NCBI GenBank assembly: GCA_032718475.1
Contig: JAUCBJ010001036.1
Location: forward strand, 1,952-65,951
DNA length: 64,000 nucleotides
DNA from: Nemertoderma westbladi
Lineage: Eukaryota > Animalia > Xenacoelomorpha
Direction of reading: 5' to 3'
Part shown: positions 28,246 to 41,599 of the stretch, in pieces
Position numbering within the stretch: position 1 is the stretch's first letter
Layout: the number at the start of each line of letters is the position of its first letter
Translations under genes and position numbers: made by a program
The notes under the pieces: generated by a model
The model's database searches: none
What the model was told of the DNA's origin: nothing
Seen by the model: only the letters and a program-made list of their open reading frames with translations

Positions 28246-30545
28246 TACAGTCCCGCTCTCAAAAAGCATTCCTTTGATCAAACATTGATCAAACTTTGAT
28301 CCAACATTGATCAAAGTTTGATCAAAATGTGTCCATAGAATATCATTGAAAGTAGCATTGACATTGAAATGACATTGATGGCATATTGAAATGACCTTGA
28401 AATCGATGGACCGAAATTCCAGACTTTCTGTCTCATATTGAAATGACATTGAAATGATTTCAAAGTAACAGTTTACATCGCTCTTCTGCGGCATGCCTTT
28501 GAACTCAGATTCTCGCCGAGAACTGGCTTTTGTTAATGGCCAAGCCGCGATGTGATTGACAGGGCGGTGGATGGAGCTGGCTTGACTTTGTGGATGGACA
28601 GTGATTGGATTTACAAGGCGGTGTTGTGGTAGTGTCCCATAAAGAAATAAATAAATCCAAGCGCTAGCGCCAGCGCACCCCCTAAAATACCTTCTAAAAA
28701 TTTACGTAATTTAATTTTAATACGATAAGGTAATTTTATTGAAAACCTAATTTGTTTTAAAGTAAACTATGGTATGTACATCATTAGTTACGTATTTTTT
28801 AATTCAGTTTAACGTATTGAAATTATAATTTTTTAAATATTAAAAATCAAATTGGGTTAGTAATACTTATTAAATTATGCTCATTCATTTTTAATTAATG
28901 GAGGGTTTTAACCATCCGGACGCGGCCGACAAACCACATTTTTGCTCACAGGTCGTTGTAAGACAAAGGCATCAATATAACCCCAGAATTAAACTCCACA
29001 CAGCACAGCCCATACCTGCCATTGCTTTCATTACGCCACATCGCCAAGTGGAGATTCAATTGCGAATTATTATAATCATTATTAGATTGACAACACAGTG
29101 TTGTGGTAGTGTACCAGTACCAGACTGAGTCTTGTAATAGGCCCCACTAACAACTCCGGGCTACGTTCTGAAATACAGCCTCTGGAATATTATTAAATTA
29201 TTTTCATTAGAAATTATTCACTAGAAAGCCAGTCTGTCAATTTAATCCTCCAGTATCAATTCCCGCGGGCTAATACAATTTATTTTCGGGCTAAGGATGC
29301 CCTGCCCACTGGCTAAGAAAGCTTGGGAGTAAACGATTCCCATTTTGCGGGCTGAGAATTCCCGCGGGCTAAGTCATCACCCAACCGAACATACAGTTGA
29401 CTGTAACTGCTTTACTCGCATCTCTGTAACCACAACCCAAATGCTGTGATTCACAGTATGCGATTTCACCGTGCTGTCACCGCAAGTGTATGAAGAACAG
29501 AGTGTGAGAACAGGCCCATTACTGGTACAGCTACAATTAGTTTCAAAAAAATTAATGTAAAACATCGAAAGGAGCAGGTTAAAGGGGTTGTGTTTTCTAA
29601 CCAAATCAATAAACCAAAGTAGATTTCATCGATTTGCGCTGGAGAACTTTTTTATTTGCGACCAATTGGCGCCACTATAATGTAGATAATGTAGAAATTT
29701 TAATTAATATCGAGACAAATACAACGTCTGTTTAATTGTTTTTTGGCAAACAGAAAAGTCCTCCATGTTGAAATTTTAGTTAGAAAGTTTAGTGTAATAA
29801 ATTAGTTTAGTACACATTACTTACTACCTGCATAGTTCCTTTGCGACCAGGCCAGCTCAGTGCCAGGAGGCCAATCTATTTGGTTCGCGGCCTCTTGTGT
29901 ATGGGTTAGTTGGCTGTCTAATTTCTTGGGAAGCCTTTAGTAAATTTCGAAATTTCGGGGAATTCCATTCCACAGCAGATAAATGGTTTTACATGCTGGG
30001 GCGGCATAAGCTAAGAGCCATTACAAATGCTATACCTTTACTTTGTTAGTGGTCTGTCGCTGGCGGCACCCCAAGCTAATAATATACAGCAAATAGCACT
30101 GAGACCGCTGATTCCTGTACTCCCTATGACATAATTTGTTGTGACTCAAATAAATTATTTCTCCTTACAAGAAAGCAACGTATTCCCCACTTGTGGCCAG
30201 CCAGAAGGCGAAGGCCACAATGTCAACTGATATAATAATACCAAGGAATATTCTCATATTACCCCCCCCCCCCCCCCCCAAGGCCTTGGCCTTGGCCTTG
30301 ACCTTGGTCTAGCCCTTGGCCAGCCAGGTTACAATGCGAAGCTTTCTGTTTAGAAAAATGCTTTTGTTTCAGAAAATTTGGAATGTGGATCTTTAATATA
30401 TTTATATATTTTTTTCTCATTTCAACTGGAAAGGGTTTTTCAGTATGCTTTCACATGGCGATGGCCTCCCCCTCGCTCGGTTCCCCTAGTTGCCCCCCCC
30501 CCCCCCCATTATAATGTATTGTAGCCATCCACCCAACACATTGCG

Positions 30546-30828
30546 TGTAATGGATTTCTTGTTTGAACCCAAAATTGTATTGGAAAAATAAATTGTTTTA
30601 GTCTAATTCACTCTAAATCTCGATTCATTGTAATATAATTTATAATGTAGAATATAACTTTAAACACAACCCAGTTTGTTAAGCTGAACAGCTGGTAGTG
30701 CACTGAGTAAGAGCCAAGAAACGCCCTTCACCAAATTACATGTATACTATAACAAATTGCTCAATATTACTGCCAATTAAAATACTTATTGAATAAGGTA
30801 ACTGTAAATTAGTACGAATTACATGACA
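30546..30828 (-). repeat. 3' LTR of the BEL/Pao element
   Basis: Direct repeat of 35240-35522, with two substitutions seen. Confidence 0.95.
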
Positions 30829-33800
30829 CTCCCCACTTTGTTCTCATAAGAGAACAAATAATAATATTGTATTGATAAATTGAATAAATCTTCAACTAAA
30901 TTAGTAATTACAACAATAATTATGTTTAGTGCATGTGTAAAAAATTTAGCAATTGATATTTCCTAAGTACAGATTTAACATAATAACACACCAAAGTCAC
31001 AAATCTTACTAAATATACTGTACATATCAAGCACCGATTCCTACGAAAGTAATTAGTTAATTTTCTTACAAATTTTGCATTTTTAAACAACACCTTTTTT
31101 TGAATTTTTTTTTTTTTAAACCTTTTATTTATTTATTTGAGTAACCTTTGCTGCTCGAGTTAGATATAGACGTGTACGGTTTGGATGAACGATGTTATGT
31201 TTATCTGATTGATTTGTCTTTATAACATTTTTATCATGTGGTTGTATGATGTCCTTAGTTGATTTGACATCTTCACCGGCGTCTTTGTTTTCTAGGTTTA
31301 TATTTTTTAATTCATCATCGTCTGTTATTTCCAATGGAATGATCTGTTTCACAGACCTTGTTAAGGACCTAGATTCTTTCTTTCTCTCGCATACTGTAAT
31401 TTTCACTGCTCTGCATTTACCATCTCTACTAATTATCATCTCCTCCACACGACATAATTTCCACATGCATCGTGGAAGCTGTCTGTCCACCAATAGACAT
31501 ATGTCCCCCTTTTTCGGAATCCTTGGGGATTTGGGATCTAAATTTCCTTTTCTGTGTTGCTCTCTTAACTCCATTATGTAATCTTCATTGAAACTACGCC
31601 AAAAAACATTAGCAGCTTCTTCTTGGCGCGTCAATCTTGTGGTTAGGCTATAATTAGTTTGTTTTCTTTTGTTTAACCTTTTTGTTGTTTTAAGGGGCAG
31701 CACATAACCTGTGACCTACTAAGAAATGTGCTGGAGTTAAGCACTGATAGTTGTCACTGTTATCATCTGATACAAAGGTTAACGGACGACTATTCACTGA
31801 GGCTTCTACGGACACCATGAAGGTTTGCAATTCTTCATACGTCAAGATGTTTCGTCCGATAACCTTCTTCAAACACCCTTTTATGGTTCCTACTAAACGC
31901 TCGATGAAACCATAAGCTGCAGGATTTAAAGGAACATTGAACTCCCAATCAATGCCTAATTTGCCAAACTCATCAATAACTGTTTTGTATTATTTGGACC
32001 TTTTGTATTGCTTCGATTTCTTTCCATGAATTTTTAAATGTCTTAGCATTATCCGACAAGATTAGAGATGGTGTCCCTCTTCTACCTATAAATCTGTGGA
32101 ATGCGGCTATGAATGATTGATGACTTAAATCATACACTAACTCTAAATGGATGGCGCAAACTATTGCGCAAACAAATAAACATATATATACCTTTTCTGT
32201 CGGAAGATTTGGAAGATTCATTGCCACTTTTGCATATGTTTCATCATCTTCTCTTACTTCAGTTTTATTCTTGGTTTGGTCAACCTTTGTTGAGCTAATT
32301 GATATGTCCTGCAACTGTGCTTGTAAATGGTCAGAGTTTGTTATCCATCTGCGGAGATTAAATCCACCTCGGCCAAGAATTTGTCTCGCTTCATTAACAA
32401 CTTGAATACCTTATTCTACTGTTTCTGCTCCCGAATTCAAATCATCTACATATAACTCTCTTAATTTTTCTATCACCTGAAATTGGTTTTTATTTGCTTC
32501 TAAGAGTTAGACGAAAACGATAAAGGTTTCCAACCAAATTTGGAAGGCGATTGGGACCGCAAATGAGACAATCATTTAATGACAAATCAGTGGGGTTGAC
32601 TCGCGCTGAGGCATTATAAACTACTCTTAGTTTTGTTGACTCCTTTTCTTCTCTTAAGACCCCGTGGTGTGGAATGTAATGAACTCCTGAACTATTGTGT
32701 TCTACTTCCCCAACCTTCACCTTTTCTATGTACCCTTTCGCATAATGTTCTTTAATTACCTTGTCATAGCGATCCAAAAGCCCTAATTTCTGTAGCCGTT
32801 TAACTAATGATAACAATTGCTTGAAACACATATTGTAATGATCATGTAATTGATCGGGATTCAGCTTCCATGGTAAACTGACTGAGTACATACCTTCTTC
32901 TAATGTACATGTTCCTATTATATTTGCTGATCGCTCACTATGGCACTCTTTTGGACAAATACCCATACTATCTAAAGACCAAAATGCTTTTAAAATTGTC
33001 GCTAGTACATCTGTTGAGTTGTTCTCGCTATTGTTAGAGGAATCGACCTCCAATGTTGAAACAAGCATGCACATATTACCTTGTTGTGAGTTATTTGCAC
33101 ATAATGCAATTTCATTGTTGTGTAATTGTCCGGTGTTTCCTGAAAGTAACCAACCTACTCCAGAATCTAATGCAACAAGGCCGGTATTAGAGACTCTAAT
33201 TGATCTTCCAGTTACTATTTCCCAGTAGAAATCACTTCCAACTAAGAGTTGAACCGGAAACACACATTCTTGTGTTGATTGTTTATACGAAGAATTCGCT
33301 AATTCTATTGATTCAAATGAAACTCGAATTTTTACATATGTTTCTAACGGAATGTTATTGTGTATTGGATTGCAAATTGTGTCTACTACCAATGCTGACA
33401 TTGTAAATATCGAGTTGTCCTTCATAACTAGGGTAATTTGAGCTACATTTAGAGATGTAAATTCACCTTCCTTACCTCCAAATCCGTTTACACTAATACT
33501 TTCCTTTCCTATAATCGGTAAGTTGTTATCCTTCACAAACTTGTTGATAACAAATGACTTTTGACTCCCGAAATCGAAAAATGTATTAGTTTTGCTTATA
33601 CCATTGTGGTCTGTTTGGCAGTCAATAGTCGCGGTTTGAAGTAAGGCATTTGAAGGTCTGGCGGTTGTATTGTACATATGTAATAACATAGCTGTAGTAT
33701 CTTTATGCTCCACTCTGCAGAGTTCATCGTTTGATTGGTAAGGCGTTTGAGCCATTGTAGCTAACATGTTGTGTGTTGTATTTGATTTAAATGCTCCTGC

Positions 33801-35239
33801 ATTTGTATTGTGTTGCAAACGAAAACAAATTGAGTTATGATGGCCTCATTTTTTGCAGGTGTAGAACGGCTTTCTACGTGTGCAATCCTTTGCTTGATGT
33901 CCGGGAAGTAGACAATTGTAGCACAAATTCTTTTCATCGAGTGCAATTTTTCTTTGCGAAACTCCCTTGATAAGTTGGCAGTCAGTTGAAAAATGTAATT
34001 GACCGCAATATACATATTTCGGACAAAATGCGTTCGGTTTAGGTGTTGCTTGAGTTTGATAATGTTTCTGGGATGTAGATGTGGATTGGTTAGAACTTTA
34101 GTGACTTGGCCCTCTTTGTTGGTGTTCTGGGACTTTTACACCTATTGCTAAAGCTGCTGCTGTTGCCTTGTCGCCACCTTGCGGTTTAAATTATTTTTGT
34201 GCACCTTGAGTATTTGATTTATTTGTATTTGTGTTTGCGAATTCGGTCATTGCCTCTTCGCTTGCTAACTGTAACCGAATTTGCTCCATTAACCATAACA
34301 AGTCATCTATATGATTATTTTGTTTTGCTAAAAGTTTTGCACCGAATTCGAAAGGTAATATACCCATAATATCAGGGATAACCGTAATTTGATATGACTC
34401 TGGTTTTGTGTTTAATGCTTCCAAAGCTCGTATTTGTGATTGGCAAGTATCATACACCTGCCTTAATGTATACTTCCTACCATTAAATATGTGATTAATG
34501 TTCCTCAGTTTATCGATGTGTGCTTGTATGATACGACCTTTAGAACCGTACCTATCTTGTAATAAATCCATTGCTACCTTATAATTTTCAGACGATATTG
34601 AAAGTCCCGTTACTACTTCTTTCGCTTCACCAATTAAACTTTGTATTAAATGTTGTAGTTTAAATACGTCTGGTAATCCAGAATCATGAATTGCGGAGCG
34701 AAAAGAATCTCGCCACCCGCAATATTCTAATAAATTTACAGAAAATTTTGGAGGGGCTAATTTAGGTAACACAGATCTAGCATAATTACTACTATTAGCA
34801 TAAAAACTACTTCTATGAGAGGGTAATTCAATTGCAGCACCACCGGTATCTTGTTCTACTCTAGTTTCTGATAAAGTTGTTTCTGATAATGACAGTTGTA
34901 ACTGAGTTATTGCGTTTGTGAGTTTAACCTAGTACGTCATTGATTGTTGTTGTTGATTATCTTCTTCGTCCATAATTGCCCAAATTGCAATGTCCATTTC
35001 GTCTAAGCGATTGACATAGCCTTGTAAGATTGACACCTGAGACATTTTTCTCCCGATATTGAAAGACTCCATATCGTCAGAGTCTTTAAGTGCGATTGTT
35101 GCTGCGGCTCGAACGCCGCCTCTTGAGCGAATTTTTCGGGATAACTCCTCAGCATCCGCCATTGTTTGTTGTGCGTATAGTACGCAATAATTAATTTAAC
35201 ACAAATACATGGTAAGAGTTTTTTTTATCGGGCGCCAAA

Positions 35240-35522
35240 TGTAATGGATTTCTTGTTTGAACCCAAAATTGTATTGGAAAAATAAATTGTTTTAGTCTAA
35301 TTCACTCTAAATCTCGATTCATTGTAATATAATTTATAATGCAGAATATAACTTTAAACACAACCCAGTTTGTTAAGCTGAACAGCTGGTACTGCACTGA
35401 GTAAGAGCCAAGAAACGCCCTTCACCAAATTACATGTATACTATAACAAATTGCTCAATATTACTGCCAATTAAAATACTTATTGAATAAGGTAACTGTA
35501 AATTAGTACGAATTACATGACA
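35240..35522 (-). repeat. 5' LTR of the BEL/Pao element
   Basis: Direct repeat of 30546-30828, adjacent to the PBS-like sequence. Confidence 0.95.
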
Positions 35523-35978
35523 TTGCGTAACTCAGAATTAAACTCCACACAGCCCCTACCCGCCCTTGCTTTCATTACCACCACACCGCCAAGTGGAGAT
35601 TCAATTGCGGCTGTTATTTTCTGATAATCACTGTAAATTATTAAAACCTAGGCGGTCCGGTTTAAATAACGGCTATAGCGTACAAACCTATGGTATGATA
35701 TGGACGTGGTGTCCTGTGTGCTCTGCAGACATCCTACAGAGCACGAGCATTACACACACAGGGGGAGCGAGAGAGAGAGAGAGGGCTGCTTGATTGACAC
35801 ACGGCTCAGTGGGAATCTAGACTTTGAAGTGCAGTGCCTTTGGTAGAACTCAATGGCAGGATTTATAAGCCTGGTTCATTTCAATATTTGATCAAACTTT
35901 GATCAATGTTTGATTAATGTTTGATCAAAGTTTGATCAATGTTTGATCAAAGGAATGCTTTTTGAGAGTGGAACTGTA

Positions 35979-36361
35979 GCACGCCGACTAAGTCTTACCT
36001 TGGCCACAATAAGGCGGTGATCACTGGAGAAGGGTCGAAGTGTAAATGCATTACAGTCTTGTATAGAGCTCCTGTATTTCCTACGAAACAGAATATGGTC
36101 TATCTGGGACTTGTGACCACTGGGTCCACTATGAGTCCATAGCTTTCCAGTTCGCTTCTTGAACTGGGTTCCAGCCGAAAACAATCCATTTCCAGATATA
36201 AAATCCTGAAGATGGACAGAATTTCGGTTAACACTATTGCTATAGACACAGGGCGATGTAGGTGATTGATGCAGACTTGCATTAAAGTCTGCCAGGAATG
36301 TTAAGAATGCATGCTGATCCACTCCATCAGTAGCTGCTTGTAGATTGTGGTAGAACCCCAT
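35979..36361 (-). mobile_element. RTE AP-endonuclease fragment (upstream part of the 26052-28245 element)
   Basis: ADFNA, NRNSVHL, KLWTH, SQIDHIL and SSDHRLIVAKVRLS motifs. Confidence 0.85.
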
Positions 36362-38260
36362 TGTGCAATAAGCCCATTATTAGCAACATCAATATCATCA
36401 AGTGGCTGATTTAGCATTAAGGTTCTATAACGTTTGTCCAGAGGCAGAAAAGCAGCATCAGCGTTGTAAAGGTGTTGCTCAATAGCCTCATAGTAAGATG
36501 TTGTGAGTTTCAATTTGTCACCAACATTGGCCAACATTTGAGATATCTCTAAAGTGTTAGTAATCATGATACATCCAGTGGTGGTTATAGTGATCCTATG
36601 GGCTCTAAAATGAACAATAGCATACTGACAGAGAATTTCACCCAATTTGTCAAGATTCTTAATTTTCAACATAGCTTTTGTGTTTAGACATATGTTCTCA
36701 TCTGTCTTTGACTTGAATCTGCAATTGATGTGCTGAAAGATTAAGGATTCAAGTAATTGTGAATGCAACAGTATTATATGAAGTGCACTTCCAAGGGTAT
36801 TTAACCAGCGAACACCGACCTTTAGGACAGAGTTTTTGAGCTCTCGACCAGTCCAACTCAACTTGTTGGCTATCTTATAAATAAATCGCTGATCGTCATT
36901 AAAAACTGAAAGATCGGTGAATGTGCTATCATCCACAAGAGGCCAATTATCGGGACGTCTTATTACACAATCGTCCTCAATATATTTGTAGAGATTTGAG
37001 CCACCAATGCAGTCATATAAATGGCGCATATTAAAGCACAATGTAAGTATAGATCTAACAGTTCCACTTTAACGTTTGTCATCACTGGTTTAGTATCAAA
37101 GAACATTCTGATATAGTTTCTAACATGTGACCACAGATTGCTTCGTTACTATGCACTCTACACATAATGACAAACATCTGGTTGTTAAATAGCGCAACCT
37201 GCTGCAAAGGCGTAATAGCACCTCCTATTTTACCAATTCCAGAGTTTAGAGAAGTTGTATCGGTACAAATTCCAATTAGTTTTTGAGATTCTAGGTCTGG
37301 TTTAAAAGATCTTGCCAGGTAAGACCCTAGTGTTCTCCCAGTATGTGGAATGGGGAATTTCTCAATGTCATGAGGGACGTAAATAAATTTAGACTTGTTT
37401 AAATTTGATGCATGATATAGTGATACCTCATAGAGCTCTTTCCCATCACAATGAGCGAAAAAAAGTTGTAGTCATGCTTGAGTTGAATTAAGCGATCTGA
37501 AACACCATCAGCAAGTTTCTTGCTGGCTCGATATAATGTACTATCACTGGGAACAAATTTATCTTCGGTATCAGTGAGTTTGGCATATTTTGCGAAAACC
37601 TCCTGTCCTCCCTCCGCACTTATACCATAACGAATCATAACAGCAGAAACTGGTTGCCAGTTAATCTTTCTAGAAGATCGATTGGACGAGGTGGATGATG
37701 GGGTTTTTTCTGGTATATAATCTGAGTCTGCCTCTAAGCTGGGAGTAATGGGTGTTGTTATATTGGAAATAGAAGCTTCACCATCACCATCATCATCTAA
37801 CACCGTGAAACTTGTAGATGTAGAAGGTGACAAATTATTATATGATCTTTCGACTCTAGTTGATATGTGAGCATTGGCTGTAGCTCTTTTTGCACTGCGT
37901 TTCCATGCAGATATGTCAATAGAAGTCATGCCACCACCTTTTCCTGATTGATGATTAGTGTACCACATTAGATCTTCTTTCAGAACCCATTTAGGTTGTG
38001 AGGCTGCCTTGAATGATATTGGAGAATCACAACTTTCCAGAAAGTTACTTTTTTTTATGCCTAATATGATTTTGAAATTCTTTAGAGTAGTATGCGAGAT
38101 TCGTATCTTACTATTTGTATTAGTGATACACTGTATTCTATATTCTTTATACAATGTCTGAACTTCCTGAGAGAGACGATTTATTGAGTCATGTAGATTT
38201 GAATCTTCATGTATAAAAAATGCTAAACGTTTAAGAATTATTCGGTTCGAATGAGCCTAA
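36362..38260 (-). mobile_element. Degenerate DDE transposase, hAT-like (possibly hATm group)
   Basis: Between the two listed ORFs the minus strand reads LIGICTDTTSLNSG...GGAI...MCRVHSNE (DTT..N.G plus CxxH), followed by an RWL motif. TIRs were not identified. Confidence 0.6.
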
Positions 38261-39889
38261 TTTTATGACCATGTGACCTCAAGAAGTCGAGTGAGCATAT
38301 TTTTCCATCCTCATACCTTTCACGGCAGCCGCGGAATATAATAGATTTGAAAATTACTGGTGGGTGTTTGCGCTTTTAGTAAATTATGTTCTTTCACTCT
38401 CAAATTTCATATATTTTGACTCTTTTCTGTTACTTAATAAACCATGCAAAAATGAAGGCAAGATGTCCGGTCTGATACAATAAACGGGATTGCGCTAGTG
38501 TACCTGTCAACAAGGGCCGCTCACTGTATCTGTTTATTTGCCCCTTTTTCCCTTCGATGCATTGATTTGCTCTATATTTCACTTAGTTCAATACGGTATT
38601 TGATTATCTATTGTATTTAACTGAGATCCTATACCGGGAGGGTGTGACAACAAAGTATAACAAGCAAATGACTGACCAATTAATTCTGTAAGAACTCAAG
38701 TCTGGTGATTGTGTTTCCCTTTAGGGGAAACGTATAGAGACAAGTCTTCGGGTCTAATTATATTGATATCGCTACAGTATTCAATTTGTGACAACTCTCA
38801 ATCGTGATGTAATTAATAATGAGAGCTTTGCTTACATTAATGGTCTAAAATATCGCCATATATTAATTATTTAGTAAGTCAGAGATATGACAACACACAA
38901 ATCTGATACAATTGTCCAGATTATCACTGATACTTAGTTACAGCAACCCACCTGTTGTGGCGCGTGTAAAACCTCCTTGATTACATAATATCGGCGATAT
39001 ATTAAGCAAATAATAAAGATAAATTGAATAAAGCAGTAGAATATACAATGTAGTGATGAATAATTATAATTCAATTATTAACTCTTTAAATTTAGACCTT
39101 AGGCCTGTAATAACCACCAGTCAATTAAACTTGACTGGGGACAAAAGCCTCTGCATGGGCAGTACAACTTATTCTGTCAAACAATAACAAAAAGAGAGTA
39201 AAATCAATCATAGCACAACCACACTTATATACTAGCTTTATCGGCAAGGAGCATAGCCAATAAGCATCACGTATTCCATTTGAGGTTTAGTAGGCCTTTA
39301 CAGTAGAAATTAGATCGAATATAGGTGTAATAGCACTAGATGGCGTAAGAACCTTTACTAAAGAATAATTTGTAAGAAACAATTCAATATGATACCGTAA
39401 CTGTTATCAATATATATACAGTATTTTGGGAAAATTGTTAAAATAAGTAATTTTAAAGGCAGGATTTATACCTGCAGCAACACCGCTTCCATTCATTTAG
39501 CTACAAGGGTGTTAAAGTCAAGGCAGAAGTTCAAATTCGTACATAAAAAATAATCTAATTACCTGGACTTGGGTCATTTCAACACTAATTTTAGATTTTT
39601 AAAAACAGGAAAAGGTTAGTGAGCATTGCTTTTTAGTTTATTGGATATTCATGTCTCATATAAATTTTATTTAGCTATTTTAATGTGAAAAGCCAAAAGT
39701 TATAACAGTTCAAAATTTCATGTCAAAAAAATGTGATTCCTTCATCCATACAATACCAAGATGATTTTGTATTAAAATATCTTATTTAGATATGTTGAAG
39801 AAGTATTTTTTGGGTTTTTACCAATGTCCTCATTATCCATGCATCTTTGGTGACCACTTTCACTCGCAGGCGACCTGGTAATGCAGTTT

Positions 39890-40940
39890 GATAACTCTCG
39901 GTCATTATGCGAGCCATTAGCCATTCAACCAATTTGATGACCCAACAGATGTAAGAAAAGCGCAGGAAGAAGCCACAAAGTAGATAAAGGCAGTGGAAGC
40001 AGTCTGGCTAACAGTGAAGCAGGAAGCACTTAAGACAACACTGCCCCAGAACCAACTACGGCTTCAGGAGCTGACCTCAGAAGAGTGCATTGTCCTGGTT
40101 GAACACTCAACCCGTGACGTTACACTGCATGCATCTGAACAAACAGGAGTTCCATGATGCTTTGTGCCTGCACGACGCAGCCACAACTTCTTGTCCCCGT
40201 ATGCCAGTGGGATACAATTTTCAGTCAATCATGCTTTGTCGCCCTTCCATTCTCTTCCATCACACTTCTTTGCAACCACCCTGACCGAAGTACCTCACAA
40301 TGTCAGTCACTGTTGAGCCACACTTGTAGCCAGTCACTGGTGAGCAATTCAGCTATCACTCCACCTCCACTGACCAACAGGCTCGTCTTGACATGTCCTG
40401 TTCGGGTTTTTGGGATCTCGTTACCAAAAGACATTCCTTGACGTCTTAGTATTCAATCCCCTGGCTCAATCGAATGCTACCATGACACTCGAGTCTGCCC
40501 ACCTACACCACGAGGCTCACAAATGCAACCACTGTGAGGAACAACGAGTACATATGATCGAGCTTGCCACCTTCATTCCTTTGATTTTTTCGGCATTTGG
40601 TGGACTCTCCCCAACAATGACCCAGTTTATCAAACGCCTTGGAATCCTCCTGTCAGAGAAGTGCGAGATACCTTATTTGGAGTGCATCCGCTGGTTTGTC
40701 GAGAAGTGAGCTTTGCTCTTCTCCAAGCCAGCCTAATGTGCCTCCGAGGTGTACACTCTGCTCGACATCAACCAGTCTGCTGCGAGGCCTCCATTCTCAT
40801 GGCAAATTCCGACAATGACGTCTGATTGTTTTAGAGGATACGGAAGTTCCCATGTTTTCCAACATTAATTAACCTTATCTGGCCTGAGCTATTTTACTAC
40901 TGCAACATTAACTACCTACTAATTATTTTGTAAATAAATA
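39890..40940 (+). mobile_element. Degenerate CRE/SLACS-like non-LTR fragment
   Basis: SWLNTQPVTLH..HLNKQEFHDALCL, FLDVLVFNPLA and FIPLIFSAFGG are homologous to ORF 12372-13295 but frameshifted. Confidence 0.8.
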
Positions 40941-41599
40941 CAATTTTTTTTGTGTATCTAATTTCCATTATTTATATTTGTAATTAAGCAATAAAAAATA
41001 ATGCATTGCAATAATGCACTGAGTAAAAAAAGAAATTTCAAGTACTAAGTCTACGGCAATGTAAACACTGGCCAGATCGAAAAATAGCGCAGTCAATTTT
41101 ATATACATACTAAAACACCAAGCATTAATATACAGCATGCTAAAGATTTGGATAAATATTTTCATATGTACTTAATTTTTTTCATACATTTTTCACACAC
41201 ATTTTTTATTATGCGATACAATTTTAGAATAGATTTCAATTAAAAATTAATTTTCTTTATATTAATTATTCAATATAAAATGAATTTACATTTATTTATT
41301 TTTTAAATTTGGTGCAATTAAAACTAAAATTAGAAACTACAGTACAGGCCACCAGAAAAAGCAGATTACATCCAATGTGATCACATGTGAACACATTTGT
41401 TCAAGTCATCTGATTGGCAGGTTATGGCGAGTTATCTAGCTAACTTGCTGGGACCGACAAAGGCTTAGTGTGCGGTGCGCCTGTATGTCTGATATCAGGT
41501 AGATGAGAGAGCCCACAGGGCGTAACATTGCGAACATGGGCTGTATTGGTAGAGAGAGAACTACATACAAGACCACATGGAGGTTCATGGAGTGTATCG

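Larger units (their letters stand above)
30546..35522 (-). mobile_element. BEL/Pao LTR retrotransposon, internally deleted
   Basis: 283-bp TG...CA LTRs (30546-30828, 35240-35522), 5-bp TSD TTGCG, PBS-like TGGCGCCCGA and polypurine tract AAAGTGGGGAG. Contains gag (LPKLAPPKF...KLQHL), protease (FDFGSQKSF), RT start (YIPHHGV..KLRVVYNAS) and integrase (IHLELV..SDNAKTF..NSRPL..LTPAHFL). Confidence 0.95.
28248..35976. mobile_element. Tc1/mariner-like TIR-bounded composite with no transposase seen, carrying nested insertions
   Basis: TA|CAGTCCCGCTCTCAAAAAGCATTCCTTTGATC at the left and GATCAAAGGAATGCTTTTTGAGAGTGGAACTG|TA at the right, with 10-bp TTTGATCAAA-type subterminal repeats. The flanks on both sides are consecutive RTE sequence. 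Confidence 0.78.

Noticed and set aside
36301-37041. Chimeric ORF fusing a transposase to RTE endonuclease sequence
   Set aside because: The two parts are in different frames and both are decayed. It looks like a chance junction of remnants.
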